This document shows positions 37,865 through 46,920 of a DNA stretch of 64,000 nucleotides, one piece after another. The first letter of the stretch is position 1. Each line of letters opens with the position of its first letter. The stretch covers positions 896,001 to 960,000 of the forward strand of contig OZ244999.1 in assembly GCA_965223265.1 (NCBI GenBank). The letters are read 5' to 3'. The notes under the pieces are model-generated. The model worked only from the letters and a program-made list of their open reading frames with translations. It was not told the DNA's origin and ran no database searches. The position numbers were made by a program, and so were the translations under genes. Source of the stretch: Planctomycetota bacterium (GTDB lineage: Bacteria > Planctomycetota > UBA8108 > SXIK01).

Positions 37865-38674
37865 CTAGTGTTTGCCGCGAGCCCGCTCTTTCGCTGGGAG
37901 GATTTCGAGACAGGTCGTCCACCAGCCAGTGAGAATTGTTTCGACGAACTCACCGGGCAGTCCCTCCGCGACCATCTCATCCGCGAGGCGGCGGTAGTCG
38001 TACTCAAGTGCGACAAACTCGATTTCAAGACGCTCCGCGAGAGGTGTCTCCGCGGCTGCTGGTTTGGGAGTCACCACAGTGTACCAGACGTTCTGGGCGC
38101 CGTCGTTTTCGGGGCGACCGATGACGCCGACGTTAACGAAGATGCGTCCAGAAGGTAGCACCCTCTTCCACTTGATCCCGGTATGCGTCACGAAAATGAC
38201 GTCGGCGTCGTGAGCGTCGAACAGCTTCTCAAGAAACTGATCTGGCGTTGTACTCTCCCAGAGGAACTCGTTGATTCTGCGCGGCGAGCCGTGACAGACG
38301 AGACAGCGGACACCGCCCGCCTCGAACCGAATGACGTCGGGAAGCTTCCCGAGCCAGCTCTTGTTGGCAGCTGACGTGTTTCGGAAAGTGTACAGATAGC
38401 TTTCTCGCGCGAAGAAGTTGTCGCGCGGGTCTGTATAGCCGCACTGGCAGTCATCCAGTCCCCGTGCGAGAGAATCGTCGTAGTTGCCTTTGAGAGTGAC
38501 GACCCCACGCTGGCGTAGGAGGGGAAACACACGGTCTGGATGTGGGCCGAATGCGCCGAGGTCGCCGAGGCACACGAGCTGTTCGACGCCGCGCTCTGTC
38601 GCATCTTGAATGACGCTCTCGAGCGCGACGTGATTTGAGTAGACGCCGCCGAAAAGCGCGAATGGTCGTTCCAT
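37865..38674 (-). CDS. calcineurin-like metallophosphoesterase (non-canonical)
   Basis: FGGVYSN, CLGDL, GNYD, CHGSP, THTG, NVGVIG; start MERPF at 38674. Confidence 0.85.
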   Translation of the reverse strand: MERPFALFGGVYSNHVALESVIQDATERGVEQLVCLGDLGAFGPHPDRVFPLLRQRGVVTLKGNYDDSLARGLDDCQCGYTDPRDNFFARESYLYTFRNTSAANKSWLGKLPDVIRFEAGGVRCLVCHGSPRRINEFLWESTTPDQFLEKLFDAHDADVIFVTHTGIKWKRVLPSGRIFVNVGVIGRPENDGAQNVWYTVVTPKPAAAETPLAERLEIEFVALEYDYRRLADEMVAEGLPGEFVETILTGWWTTCLEILPAKERARGKH

Positions 38675-38697
38675 GGGAGAGAGCGAGAAGTTTACGG

Positions 38698-39588
38698 TCA
38701 TCGATCTGTTGGGGAAAGCGCCGCGCCCGCATTTGAACAGATCGTGCCGTAGAGATAGCACGTGAAGCAGGCGTTCTCTCGCAGCTGAAAGGGTGCGTTT
38801 GCTTCGTCCAGCGTTTTGCCGAGATGGGCGCCGTCCTTTTCGACGAGGATCGGGCAGACGGCCACGCCGCGGTCGGTCACGATGCGGCTGTGGTGACACA
38901 GCAGGTGGTCGAGGTCGAATTCGCTCAGCATCTCCTGACTCACGCGCTCGTCGTCCGAGTAGCCGCGGCTACGGCTTTCTTCCATTCCGAGGTGAATCGT
39001 CGGCAGAATTTTGATTCGAGGCCGATCGTAGCCTGCCGCTGTGAGGGTGTCGACGAAGCGTTCGAATACCGCCGGTGTTTCACGTTCTGCCCAGGTTTGT
39101 GTCACAGTGATGATAGGCAAGAAACCGTTTTGCGTCAGCAGACCGACCCCGCGCATCGCCGCGTCGAATGTGCCGCGTCCGCGGATAGGGTCGTTCATCT
39201 CCGCGCTGTAGCCGTCGATGCTGACGCGGAATTCGAGAGAGTAGCGGCTCTCTTGCGCCGTTTTCGCGAGGCCCTCAACGAGCCGAGGAGTGAAGACGGT
39301 GCCGTTCGTCAGCACGGTCGCCGGCCCGTAGGCGAGAGTCTTCTCCAAGATGCGGGGCAGGTCCTTGTTGAGAAACGGCTCACCCCCAGTGAAGTAGTAC
39401 TCTTTGACACCGAGACCCAGGGAATCGTCAAGGTGCCGACAGACGGTGTCGTAGTCGAGAAAGCCGAAAGTGTCGTTACCTGGATGGCAGCTGATGAAGC
39501 AGTGGTGGCAAGAGAGGTTGCAGAGAGTGCCTCCAACTTGAAACCAAAGTTCGTCAAGGTCGCGTAGTGCGACGCTCGGGGCAGTCAT
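38698..39588 (-). CDS. radical SAM protein with Cys-rich C-terminus
   Basis: CNLSCHHC (CX3CX2C), FTGGEP, LTNG, VSIDG; C-terminal C...C...CFTC...C. Confidence 0.92.
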   Translation of the reverse strand: MTAPSVALRDLDELWFQVGGTLCNLSCHHCFISCHPGNDTFGFLDYDTVCRHLDDSLGLGVKEYYFTGGEPFLNKDLPRILEKTLAYGPATVLTNGTVFTPRLVEGLAKTAQESRYSLEFRVSIDGYSAEMNDPIRGRGTFDAAMRGVGLLTQNGFLPIITVTQTWAERETPAVFERFVDTLTAAGYDRPRIKILPTIHLGMEESRSRGYSDDERVSQEMLSEFDLDHLLCHHSRIVTDRGVAVCPILVEKDGAHLGKTLDEANAPFQLRENACFTCYLYGTICSNAGAALSPTDR

Positions 39589-39699
39589 GGTTAGCCTCGA
39601 GGTTTGGCAAGTTCGAAAAGAACTCCGCCGAGGTACTTCGTGAGGCTGCGACGAAAACGACTCCTGTCAACGCCGCGGCGGCTGACGCTACGATGTGGA

Positions 39700-40986
39700 T
39701 CATTCACGACGATTCTTTTCCTCGGATCGATAAAGGTCAAGATCGCCATCTCCAGTCAGCAAACGAAAAACGTCTCGGATCTGTTCCCAGCCGAGACGCA
39801 GGAGGAAGTCATTACGTCTGCCGTAACTCTTGTGACCGAGGATGAAGAACCCGGGTTCAGGGTTCTTGAGCGACTCGGCGCCGTGACTCGATTGCGTCAA
39901 GCAGTCGCCGCCCACGCCTCCGCCCGTCTTCAGGAGACTAACCGCAAGCTGCATCGGTCCTTCCGAGGCGTAGCATTGGTGGACCTGGAGCTCGCGATAG
40001 AGATCGATGTTGGGGCGGAAACCGCAATGTACAAGGATGCGGTCGACCGTCTCCGACTCTCGGACGCTGCCGCCGTCTACCGGCCGAAAGAGGACCTTCA
40101 GCCGCCCGCCGACCCTCTCGACGCCGCGCACCGCGACCCCTGTCAGAAGGGTCGCCTGCGAAGCAGGTTCGGCCGCGATATGGTTGGCCGCTGCCGCGAG
40201 TGCGGCACGTGCCTCGAGAGGGTCGCCGGGATATCGCGGCAAAGGGTCGGGGCCGCTCGACTTGCGCGACCAGACGAACTGCGTGTCGGGAGCCTCTTCG
40301 CAAAGCTTGGCTAAGTCGACCACGGCAGTCGCAGCGCTGAAGCCGTCGCCGACAACGAGAGTGCGTCGACCGCGAAACGCGTCGCGTGCTGCGCCGAGAA
40401 CGTCGACGCACTGGTAGCTCACGGGCGACGAAGCCGAGCTGTCCTCGCCGCGTTGCTCGTAGAAAGCGCGCTCGCCGACCGCGAACACCCCACCGTCGCC
40501 CATGACGGCCGGCGTGCCGTAGACCCCGGAAGTGTCGAGGACGACATCGGCAGATGCCTCTGTTTCGCCGTCGGGTGTTTTCAGGAGCAGCCGAAATGGT
40601 GAGCTGGCGCGTCTCCTTCCGGCGATGTTCTGACCCTTCGTCAAGCCGAATTTGCCGATACCAGACACTTCCGTGCGATCGACGAACGCGTCGCCTAGAG
40701 ACTCGGTGAGTGGTTGGAGATACTGCTCGACGAGCTCCCGCCCAAGGGGATGAGCTGACGGATCCGGCAACGATCGACCGACCGATCGAAGACAGGCGAG
40801 ACCGAGCTGGGAGGCGTTCATGCGCCACGGAGTGAACAAGCGGACGAAGCCCCAGCTGCGGACGTGAGCGGCGCTGCCTTCACCGCGTTCGTAGACGACC
40901 ACAGGAAAGCCAAGTTGGCGCGCGTAGATTGCTGCCTCGATGCCGACCGGACCGCCACCGACGATTGCAATCCGTGGCTTCGTCAA
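39700..40986 (-). CDS. FAD-dependent oxidoreductase (ArsO-like flavoprotein)
   Basis: IVGGGPVG, WGFVRLFTPW, VVGDGFSA, GFRP, PEPGFFILGHKSYGR...FLLRLGWEQ; TTG start overlaps the ggt stop. Confidence 0.85.
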   Translation of the reverse strand: MTKPRIAIVGGGPVGIEAAIYARQLGFPVVVYERGEGSAAHVRSWGFVRLFTPWRMNASQLGLACLRSVGRSLPDPSAHPLGRELVEQYLQPLTESLGDAFVDRTEVSGIGKFGLTKGQNIAGRRRASSPFRLLLKTPDGETEASADVVLDTSGVYGTPAVMGDGGVFAVGERAFYEQRGEDSSASSPVSYQCVDVLGAARDAFRGRRTLVVGDGFSAATAVVDLAKLCEEAPDTQFVWSRKSSGPDPLPRYPGDPLEARAALAAAANHIAAEPASQATLLTGVAVRGVERVGGRLKVLFRPVDGGSVRESETVDRILVHCGFRPNIDLYRELQVHQCYASEGPMQLAVSLLKTGGGVGGDCLTQSSHGAESLKNPEPGFFILGHKSYGRRNDFLLRLGWEQIRDVFRLLTGDGDLDLYRSEEKNRRE

Positions 40987-42629
40987 TTCTTTGTCCTCTT
41001 TGCTTGTCTCCCCGTTTGAGGGCCGTGTGCACGGTAGGCCGCGCCCGGTTCTCCGGGGTCAACGGCGGCTTCTAGCGCGCCTCTCTCATCCCAGCCGATG
41101 GCATAGACGCGACCGACAATACCAAACGACTTTTCATGATGATGCACTTTCCAGCCTCGCCGCCGCAGTGCCGCCACGACTCGCAGCGGAAAACGAGACT
41201 CGAGGAGTATCTCGTCGCTTCCGTATCCATCGAAGCGCGGCTGCACAACGGCTTCGGAGACGCTCATGCCAAAGTCGCGGACGTTGAGAATCGTCTGCAC
41301 CAGCGCCGCGGTGATCCTCGCCGCGCCGGGTGAGCCGAGGATCAGAAACGGACATCCATCGCGTCGTACAAGTGTCTGCGCGATTGCAGTCGATCGAGCT
41401 TTTCCGGGGGCGATCGAGTTGCTGCGTCCAGGTCGCGGATCAAACGCGCTCATGCAATTGTTGAACATGAACCCGCAGCCAGGGGTGAAGACACCCGAGC
41501 CGTATCCGAGCGAGTGGGAAAACGAAATCGCGTTGTCATCAGCATCGACGATCGTCAGCTGAGTCGTGTTCTTGGAGTCGGCGCCAGCCTCTGGTGGTTG
41601 GCCGCTTTGAAGACGCTGCAGGTACTCAGAACTCAGAAGAGTCGCGGCGTCCGCCGGCGTGAACCTCGGGTCACCGTGATGCGCCAGTCGATCGAACCAA
41701 ACTTTGCGCAGAGCCATCGAGACGTTTTCGATGTACTCGACGCTGTTATGGCCGAGACGGACAAGATCTTCGCCTTCGAGCAGCTTGAGAGCTTGCAATA
41801 GCGCGACACCACCGCCGGGGAGCGGCGTCGTCAAGATTTCGAGGCCGCGATAACATCCTGCGAGTGGCGCCTGGCTGTCGACGCGATACGACGCCAGGTC
41901 TTCCGCTGTGATCAGCGCGTCGTGTCGTTGCCAGTCGGCTGCGATTTCGTCAGCGATCTCGCCGCAATAGAAGCTCCTCGCGCCGCTTCGAGCGAGGCGG
42001 CGGTAGGTGGTCGCAAGGAGCGGTTGCTTGAACACTTCGCCGGCACTGTACGGCTCGCCGTCCGGGCGCAGTGACGCCTCTCGGCCGGCCGCCGTGAGTT
42101 CGAGTCGCCCACGAGTCGAGACACGCCCAAAAAGCCCGGGTCGAATCCAAAACTCTGCCAGCTGTGGGGTGACGACAAAGCCTTCCTCGGCATAATCAGC
42201 AGCATCGATCAGTAGGTCTTCCCATCGCAGCTTCCCGTAGCGCTCGTGAATTGCCGCGATCGTTGCCAGCATTCCTGGCACCGTGATCGACTTGTAGCCA
42301 ACGTCGTTCACCTTGCCACGCAGTACGTAGCCGAAGCCATCAGGCGCGGCCGACTCAAAAAACGACTGCCACTGATCTGCGCTGGCGCGACTGCCCGCGC
42401 GACCGTGACCATCGATGGACACGACTTCGCGACCGCGATCCCATGCAACCGTGGCACATGCGAAACCGCCGAGTCCACACCGATGCGGGTCCGCGACTCC
42501 TTGGACGAGGCTCGCTACGACCAGGGCGTCGGCGGCGTTTCCACCGCGGGCTAATGTTTCGCGGCCAGCAAATGCTGCTTCGCACTGCGGTGCGACCACC
42601 AGGCCGGCTCTCGAGTTGTGGCGTGACAT
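40983..42629 (-). CDS. ggt: gamma-glutamyltransferase family protein
   Basis: GGNAADA, GLGG, VPG, nucleophile T in NTTQLTIVD, GFMFNN, PGK, GSPGAARI. Confidence 0.9.
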   Translation of the reverse strand: MSRHNSRAGLVVAPQCEAAFAGRETLARGGNAADALVVASLVQGVADPHRCGLGGFACATVAWDRGREVVSIDGHGRAGSRASADQWQSFFESAAPDGFGYVLRGKVNDVGYKSITVPGMLATIAAIHERYGKLRWEDLLIDAADYAEEGFVVTPQLAEFWIRPGLFGRVSTRGRLELTAAGREASLRPDGEPYSAGEVFKQPLLATTYRRLARSGARSFYCGEIADEIAADWQRHDALITAEDLASYRVDSQAPLAGCYRGLEILTTPLPGGGVALLQALKLLEGEDLVRLGHNSVEYIENVSMALRKVWFDRLAHHGDPRFTPADAATLLSSEYLQRLQSGQPPEAGADSKNTTQLTIVDADDNAISFSHSLGYGSGVFTPGCGFMFNNCMSAFDPRPGRSNSIAPGKARSTAIAQTLVRRDGCPFLILGSPGAARITAALVQTILNVRDFGMSVSEAVVQPRFDGYGSDEILLESRFPLRVVAALRRRGWKVHHHEKSFGIVGRVYAIGWDERGALEAAVDPGEPGAAYRAHGPQTGRQAKRTKN

Positions 42630-43414
42630 GAAATGATTCTACCCCGATCTTCTCGACGGCTTCTACGACCACGTGGCGATTGCCTTTCGCACAGCGCGAG
42701 ATGATCCTTTTGCTCGATTTTCGTTACGCAGAAGCAAGAACATTTTTTCGATGTGCACCTACGGGGTTTTCTTGCTGCGGTGTCTTGACCCGAAGCGTCT
42801 TCCGCTTATAATCCGGCGCAGTCTCTCGAATAGCTGTGACGACGTTGGGGAGCCGAATCAATTGGCCCTGCTTGGATCTTCCGCTCGAGCGGATGCTAAG
42901 CGGGCGCTGAGACAAATCCGCGCCGAAGCAACCTACAGTGGCGGGACCGCCGAGGCGGCAGGGGATTTCGCGCCAGCGCACACGGTGCACGTCGGCCAAA
43001 GGATAGGGAAGAATCGCGGTCATGAAGGTGGGGGAGGTGCGCTCTGGTGGTTCGCACCTTTCCTGCCCATATGACTTTCCTCGACCATCAGTCGGACTGC
43101 GAGTCGCAGGTCGTGCGTTTCTTTTCGTCTGCGTCCCGGTTGCTTCATCTTCGCCGGGCAGATACGATCTGGCGTCTGCGACGACGAGCGAGTTCGGCGC
43201 AAGACCGTAACCGCCTGTCTGAACCCTTCGCAGCGCCTCTCTGTTACGAGCTGCCCTGCACTCCGGCCGGTCTTTGTCCGGAGGAAGTCTCTTTCGGGCT
43301 GGTAGCCACGCCGGGTCTCGTCGCCGCTTGCAGCGCCGAGCCGTCGACGCGGCGATCGGCGACAATTCGTTCAGAGGGAGTCCCTTTCTACAAGGCGGGT
43401 GAGCGCGACTCGAC

Positions 43415-44110
43415 ATGGATCAGGTTCTACACTGGCTTGGCCGGTACCAGTACTTAGCCATGTTCGGGATCCTCGTTCTCTGCGGGCTCGGGCTACCCGT
43501 GCCCGAGGAAGTCACACTCATCGGCAGCGGCTTCGTCGTTCAGTGGCACAGCGATCCAGACCACGTTTGGGCGAGCTACATGCTGGCGACGCTCGCCTGC
43601 ACCGTCGGGATTCTGGTTGGCGACTCGATCATCTTTTTCATCGGACGCCGCTACGGACGTCAGTTCTTTGGCAACCGCATCGTTCGGTGGATGCTTCCTC
43701 GTCGCCGGCAAGCGCGAGTGCGCCGCGAGTTTTCGCGCCACGGGAAGAAAACAGTGTTTTTCGCTCGATTCGTCGCCGGCATCCGCATCGGAGTCTACGC
43801 GTATGCTGGACAGCACGGGATGCGCTGGCCGCAGTTTCTCTTCCTCGACTTCCTCGGGTGTTTGGTCAGCGTGCCAACCTCCATTTGGATCGGGAAGTTC
43901 GTTGCAGGCAAGGTTGCGGATCCAGCTGAAGCGCAAGAGTACGCCCAGAAGATCCTCCGCGAAGGCCACGCTTGGCTTTACTGGGCGCTTGGCCTGATGG
44001 CCCTCTTCGTCCTCTTTCACGTGCTCTGGGGGCGCTGGCGTGACCGTCGCAGCGACGAGAGGGAAGGCAGCCAGCGCGACGCTCAGGCGGCGTCAAAGCG
44101 CGCTACATAG
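43415..44110 (+). CDS. DedA-family membrane protein
   Basis: GLGLPVPEE, GDSIIFFIGRRYG, FFARFVAGIR. Confidence 0.92.
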   Translation: MDQVLHWLGRYQYLAMFGILVLCGLGLPVPEEVTLIGSGFVVQWHSDPDHVWASYMLATLACTVGILVGDSIIFFIGRRYGRQFFGNRIVRWMLPRRRQARVRREFSRHGKKTVFFARFVAGIRIGVYAYAGQHGMRWPQFLFLDFLGCLVSVPTSIWIGKFVAGKVADPAEAQEYAQKILREGHAWLYWALGLMALFVLFHVLWGRWRDRRSDEREGSQRDAQAASKRAT

Positions 44111-44117
44111 AGGCGTT

Positions 44118-45419
44118 TCACGCCTCCGCATTCGAGTAGGCACGATCAAGCAGTTCGACGGGGTGGAGCACCTCGATCTCTTTCGTGGCGAGTGCCGCTC
44201 GGATCTGTAGAGCACACCCGGGGTTGCCGGTGACGACGACGTCTGGGTTCGACTCCCGGATCGCCGCTGCTTTTTCGGCTGCCAGTGAGGCGCCAATTTC
44301 GGGATGGAGAAGGTTGTAGACGCCGCCACTCCCACAGCATCTTTCGCTATCTCGCAGAGGCACGATTCTCAAATCCGGAATCGACTGGAGAAGTCCTTCG
44401 ACGACGTCGGCGCCGACGCGCTGCGCGTGAAGCAGATGACATGGTTGATCATACGCAACACGCAGTTGCAGACTGGCTCGAGGGGGAACGATGCCGACTT
44501 CGTCAAGAAACTCGCAAACGTCTCTCACGGGCGCGCTCAGTCCTGTCGCTTCCACTTTGTCGTCAGGTGGTTCTTTGAGCGACGCTCCGCATCCCGCGGC
44601 ATTGACCACTATGACGTCCACTCCCGCGTCTTTGAACGCGCGCGTATTGTGAGCGAATAGCTCGCCCGTCTCCTCGACCAGGCCGCTGTGGCGGTGAAGC
44701 GCGCCACAACACGTCTGTGCGTCGGGAACGATAACGTGGCAGCCGTTTTCCTGCAGCACGCGGATGGTTGCCTGGTGGACGTGGGCAAACCATTCGGACG
44801 TGATGCAACCAAGAAACAACCCGACACGCATTCGGGGTTTGCCTCGGGCAGGGTACCCATCCGCGCGAGTGCGAGTCGTCTCGACGCGACGGGCTGAGGG
44901 AGAAGCGATCGGTGGTTGCAGGCGCAGCAGGTAATCGAGCTTGGGACTACGAAGAAGTCGGCGATTGAGAAACGCAACAAGGCGATCGATTCCGAGCACT
45001 TGCTGAAGGTAGACCAAATGAGTCGCCCAGCGGACGCGTCCGCGATATGGCAAAAGGCGACGAAGAAGCATACGCCCTAGCCGAGCCTTGATCGACGTGT
45101 TCGGTGACTTGATTTGCGCGGCGCCGCGAAAAGACTCCATCATCTCCGCCATATTGATACCGGATGGACACGCCGTTTCGCACGCGCGGCAAACGATACA
45201 CTCATCGAGGTGGCGTTTGGCGTCCTGCGTCATGGGGAAGCGTCCCTCGGCATGGTGGCGCATGAGGTAGATCCGACCGCGCGGTGAGTCCGATTCACGG
45301 CGAGACCGCGTGTAGGTTGGGCACTCGGGTATGCAGAGTCCGCAGTGAACACAATCGAGAGTACGCGTGTATTCGCCCAGGACCTCTCTGAACCTGGTCT
45401 CTTCGGTGTCTGGAATCAT
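44118..45419 (-). CDS. glcF: glycolate oxidase iron-sulfur subunit
   Basis: CVHCGLCIPECPTY, SPRGRI, CIVCRACETACPSG, CCG domains; start MIPDTEE at 45419. Confidence 0.9.
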   Translation of the reverse strand: MIPDTEETRFREVLGEYTRTLDCVHCGLCIPECPTYTRSRRESDSPRGRIYLMRHHAEGRFPMTQDAKRHLDECIVCRACETACPSGINMAEMMESFRGAAQIKSPNTSIKARLGRMLLRRLLPYRGRVRWATHLVYLQQVLGIDRLVAFLNRRLLRSPKLDYLLRLQPPIASPSARRVETTRTRADGYPARGKPRMRVGLFLGCITSEWFAHVHQATIRVLQENGCHVIVPDAQTCCGALHRHSGLVEETGELFAHNTRAFKDAGVDVIVVNAAGCGASLKEPPDDKVEATGLSAPVRDVCEFLDEVGIVPPRASLQLRVAYDQPCHLLHAQRVGADVVEGLLQSIPDLRIVPLRDSERCCGSGGVYNLLHPEIGASLAAEKAAAIRESNPDVVVTGNPGCALQIRAALATKEIEVLHPVELLDRAYSNAEA

Positions 45420-45423
45420 GGCA

Positions 45424-46878
45424 TCACTGGTCAGGAGGTTGCATCTCTGTCGCGCTGGGATCGGAGCTGGGAGCGTTGTCGAGCTGATCACCAAGAAGCC
45501 TCTGCGACGCCAGAACTCCGGCCGGATCGAAGACTCTTCGCACTCGCGCAGCAAGACCTGCGCTCGGGTCTGAGCCAAAATTATAGAACGGGTGATTCGC
45601 TCGCTCCCCGGGTGGCAGAAAGAGCAGCTGCCCGTGAGCGTGCGTGCGCTGGAGCGTTTGGCGGATGGCGTCGAGCGACTCTGCGCTGTGATCAGGACGC
45701 ACACGCCAGCGCACGACACAGGTGCCGGCGAGCGCATCGACGAGAACTGCAAACTCGGTGCAGCAGCGCTCAAACTCCGCGGCGATCGTAGCCTCGAGGT
45801 CCGCGGCTCGTTCTGCCAGACCGCCGAGCCGCGCGACTCCGAGGTCGTCGGGCATCGACGCGTCACCTCGTTCCAACGGTTCTTCGAACGCGACGAGAGT
45901 GTCGAGGATCGCTTCGTGTTTTTCCGTTTCGATGTCGAGGCGCGCCGGCGCATCGCGCTCCTCGAGCAGGCGACCGACTTCGTGCTCTTGCCACCTGACG
46001 ACGGTTTCGTTGCCTTCGAACGCCCACACGACAACGTATCCACTGACATCCGACGAGGGCAGGTAGTCTCTCACGACTGCTGCGGCGGTGTCATTCAGCA
46101 GCGTCAATAATAAGGGCTCCACACGTAAACCTCGGACCGCGCGACAGAAACTCCACGCTTCTCGTCGGTGCGCGAAGGTCGCCGCGTTGAAGCTACGTCT
46201 CGGTGGCAGCTGTCGCAATTTGAAGTTCAGACTGAGGAAAACGCCGGCCGTCCCCAGCGCGCCGATCATGAACTTACCAACGTCGTATCCAGCCACATTT
46301 TTGACAACCATACCGCCGCTGCGAAACGTTTGCGGCGGGTGGGTGGCGCGGATCCCTTGGGCTCCGATGAGGTAGTTGCGAAGTGTTCCGTGGCGCGTTC
46401 GGCGCGGTCCGCAGCGGGTCGACGCGACCCACCCGCCCACGGTGCCGCCAGCGCTTCGAGCGAAGTCGACAGGGATTTCTTGCCCGTTTTCGGCGAGCTG
46501 TTTCTGCAGCTCGACCAAGGGGGTGCCGGCGCGGACGCTGACGGTGAAGTCGTCTGGCTGGTACTGAAGAATGCCGTGAAGATTGCGCAGGGACAAGACG
46601 TAGAGCGGGGAGCCCTGCGGAGGGACCCCAAGGTACGCGTGGCAGCCATGTCCGGAGGGCACGACGAGCGCCCGCTTCTGTATCGCTCGCTCCATGATCT
46701 CTCCGACTTCGCTCTCCGTCTCCGGTGCAAAGTACTCGAGATCCGTACCGTAAGAGAGTTGCTCGAGAACCGACGGCGCGGCGTCTCGGGAATGTGAGCT
46801 CTGTGGCTCACCTGCCGTTTCGCCCTCTAGGTTCGAACCGTCTGGTAGCGTCGAGGCGTTAGGGTCGTTTTGCGTCAC
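45424..46878 (-). CDS. glcE: glycolate oxidase FAD-binding subunit
   Basis: GILQYQPDDFTVSVRAGT, GGMVVKNVAGYD, FDPAG; lies between glcD and glcF. Confidence 0.87.
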   Translation of the reverse strand: MTQNDPNASTLPDGSNLEGETAGEPQSSHSRDAAPSVLEQLSYGTDLEYFAPETESEVGEIMERAIQKRALVVPSGHGCHAYLGVPPQGSPLYVLSLRNLHGILQYQPDDFTVSVRAGTPLVELQKQLAENGQEIPVDFARSAGGTVGGWVASTRCGPRRTRHGTLRNYLIGAQGIRATHPPQTFRSGGMVVKNVAGYDVGKFMIGALGTAGVFLSLNFKLRQLPPRRSFNAATFAHRREAWSFCRAVRGLRVEPLLLTLLNDTAAAVVRDYLPSSDVSGYVVVWAFEGNETVVRWQEHEVGRLLEERDAPARLDIETEKHEAILDTLVAFEEPLERGDASMPDDLGVARLGGLAERAADLEATIAAEFERCCTEFAVLVDALAGTCVVRWRVRPDHSAESLDAIRQTLQRTHAHGQLLFLPPGERANHPFYNFGSDPSAGLAARVRRVFDPAGVLASQRLLGDQLDNAPSSDPSATEMQPPDQ

Positions 46879-46920
46879 GTTGTCTTCGATGTTCTTCGAG
46901 CGTTTCGCGTCCTGCCGAAG

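Noticed and set aside
42724-43416. 230-aa minus-strand ORF
   Set aside because: No recognisable motifs, Arg/Pro-rich, abuts the dedA start; likely spurious.
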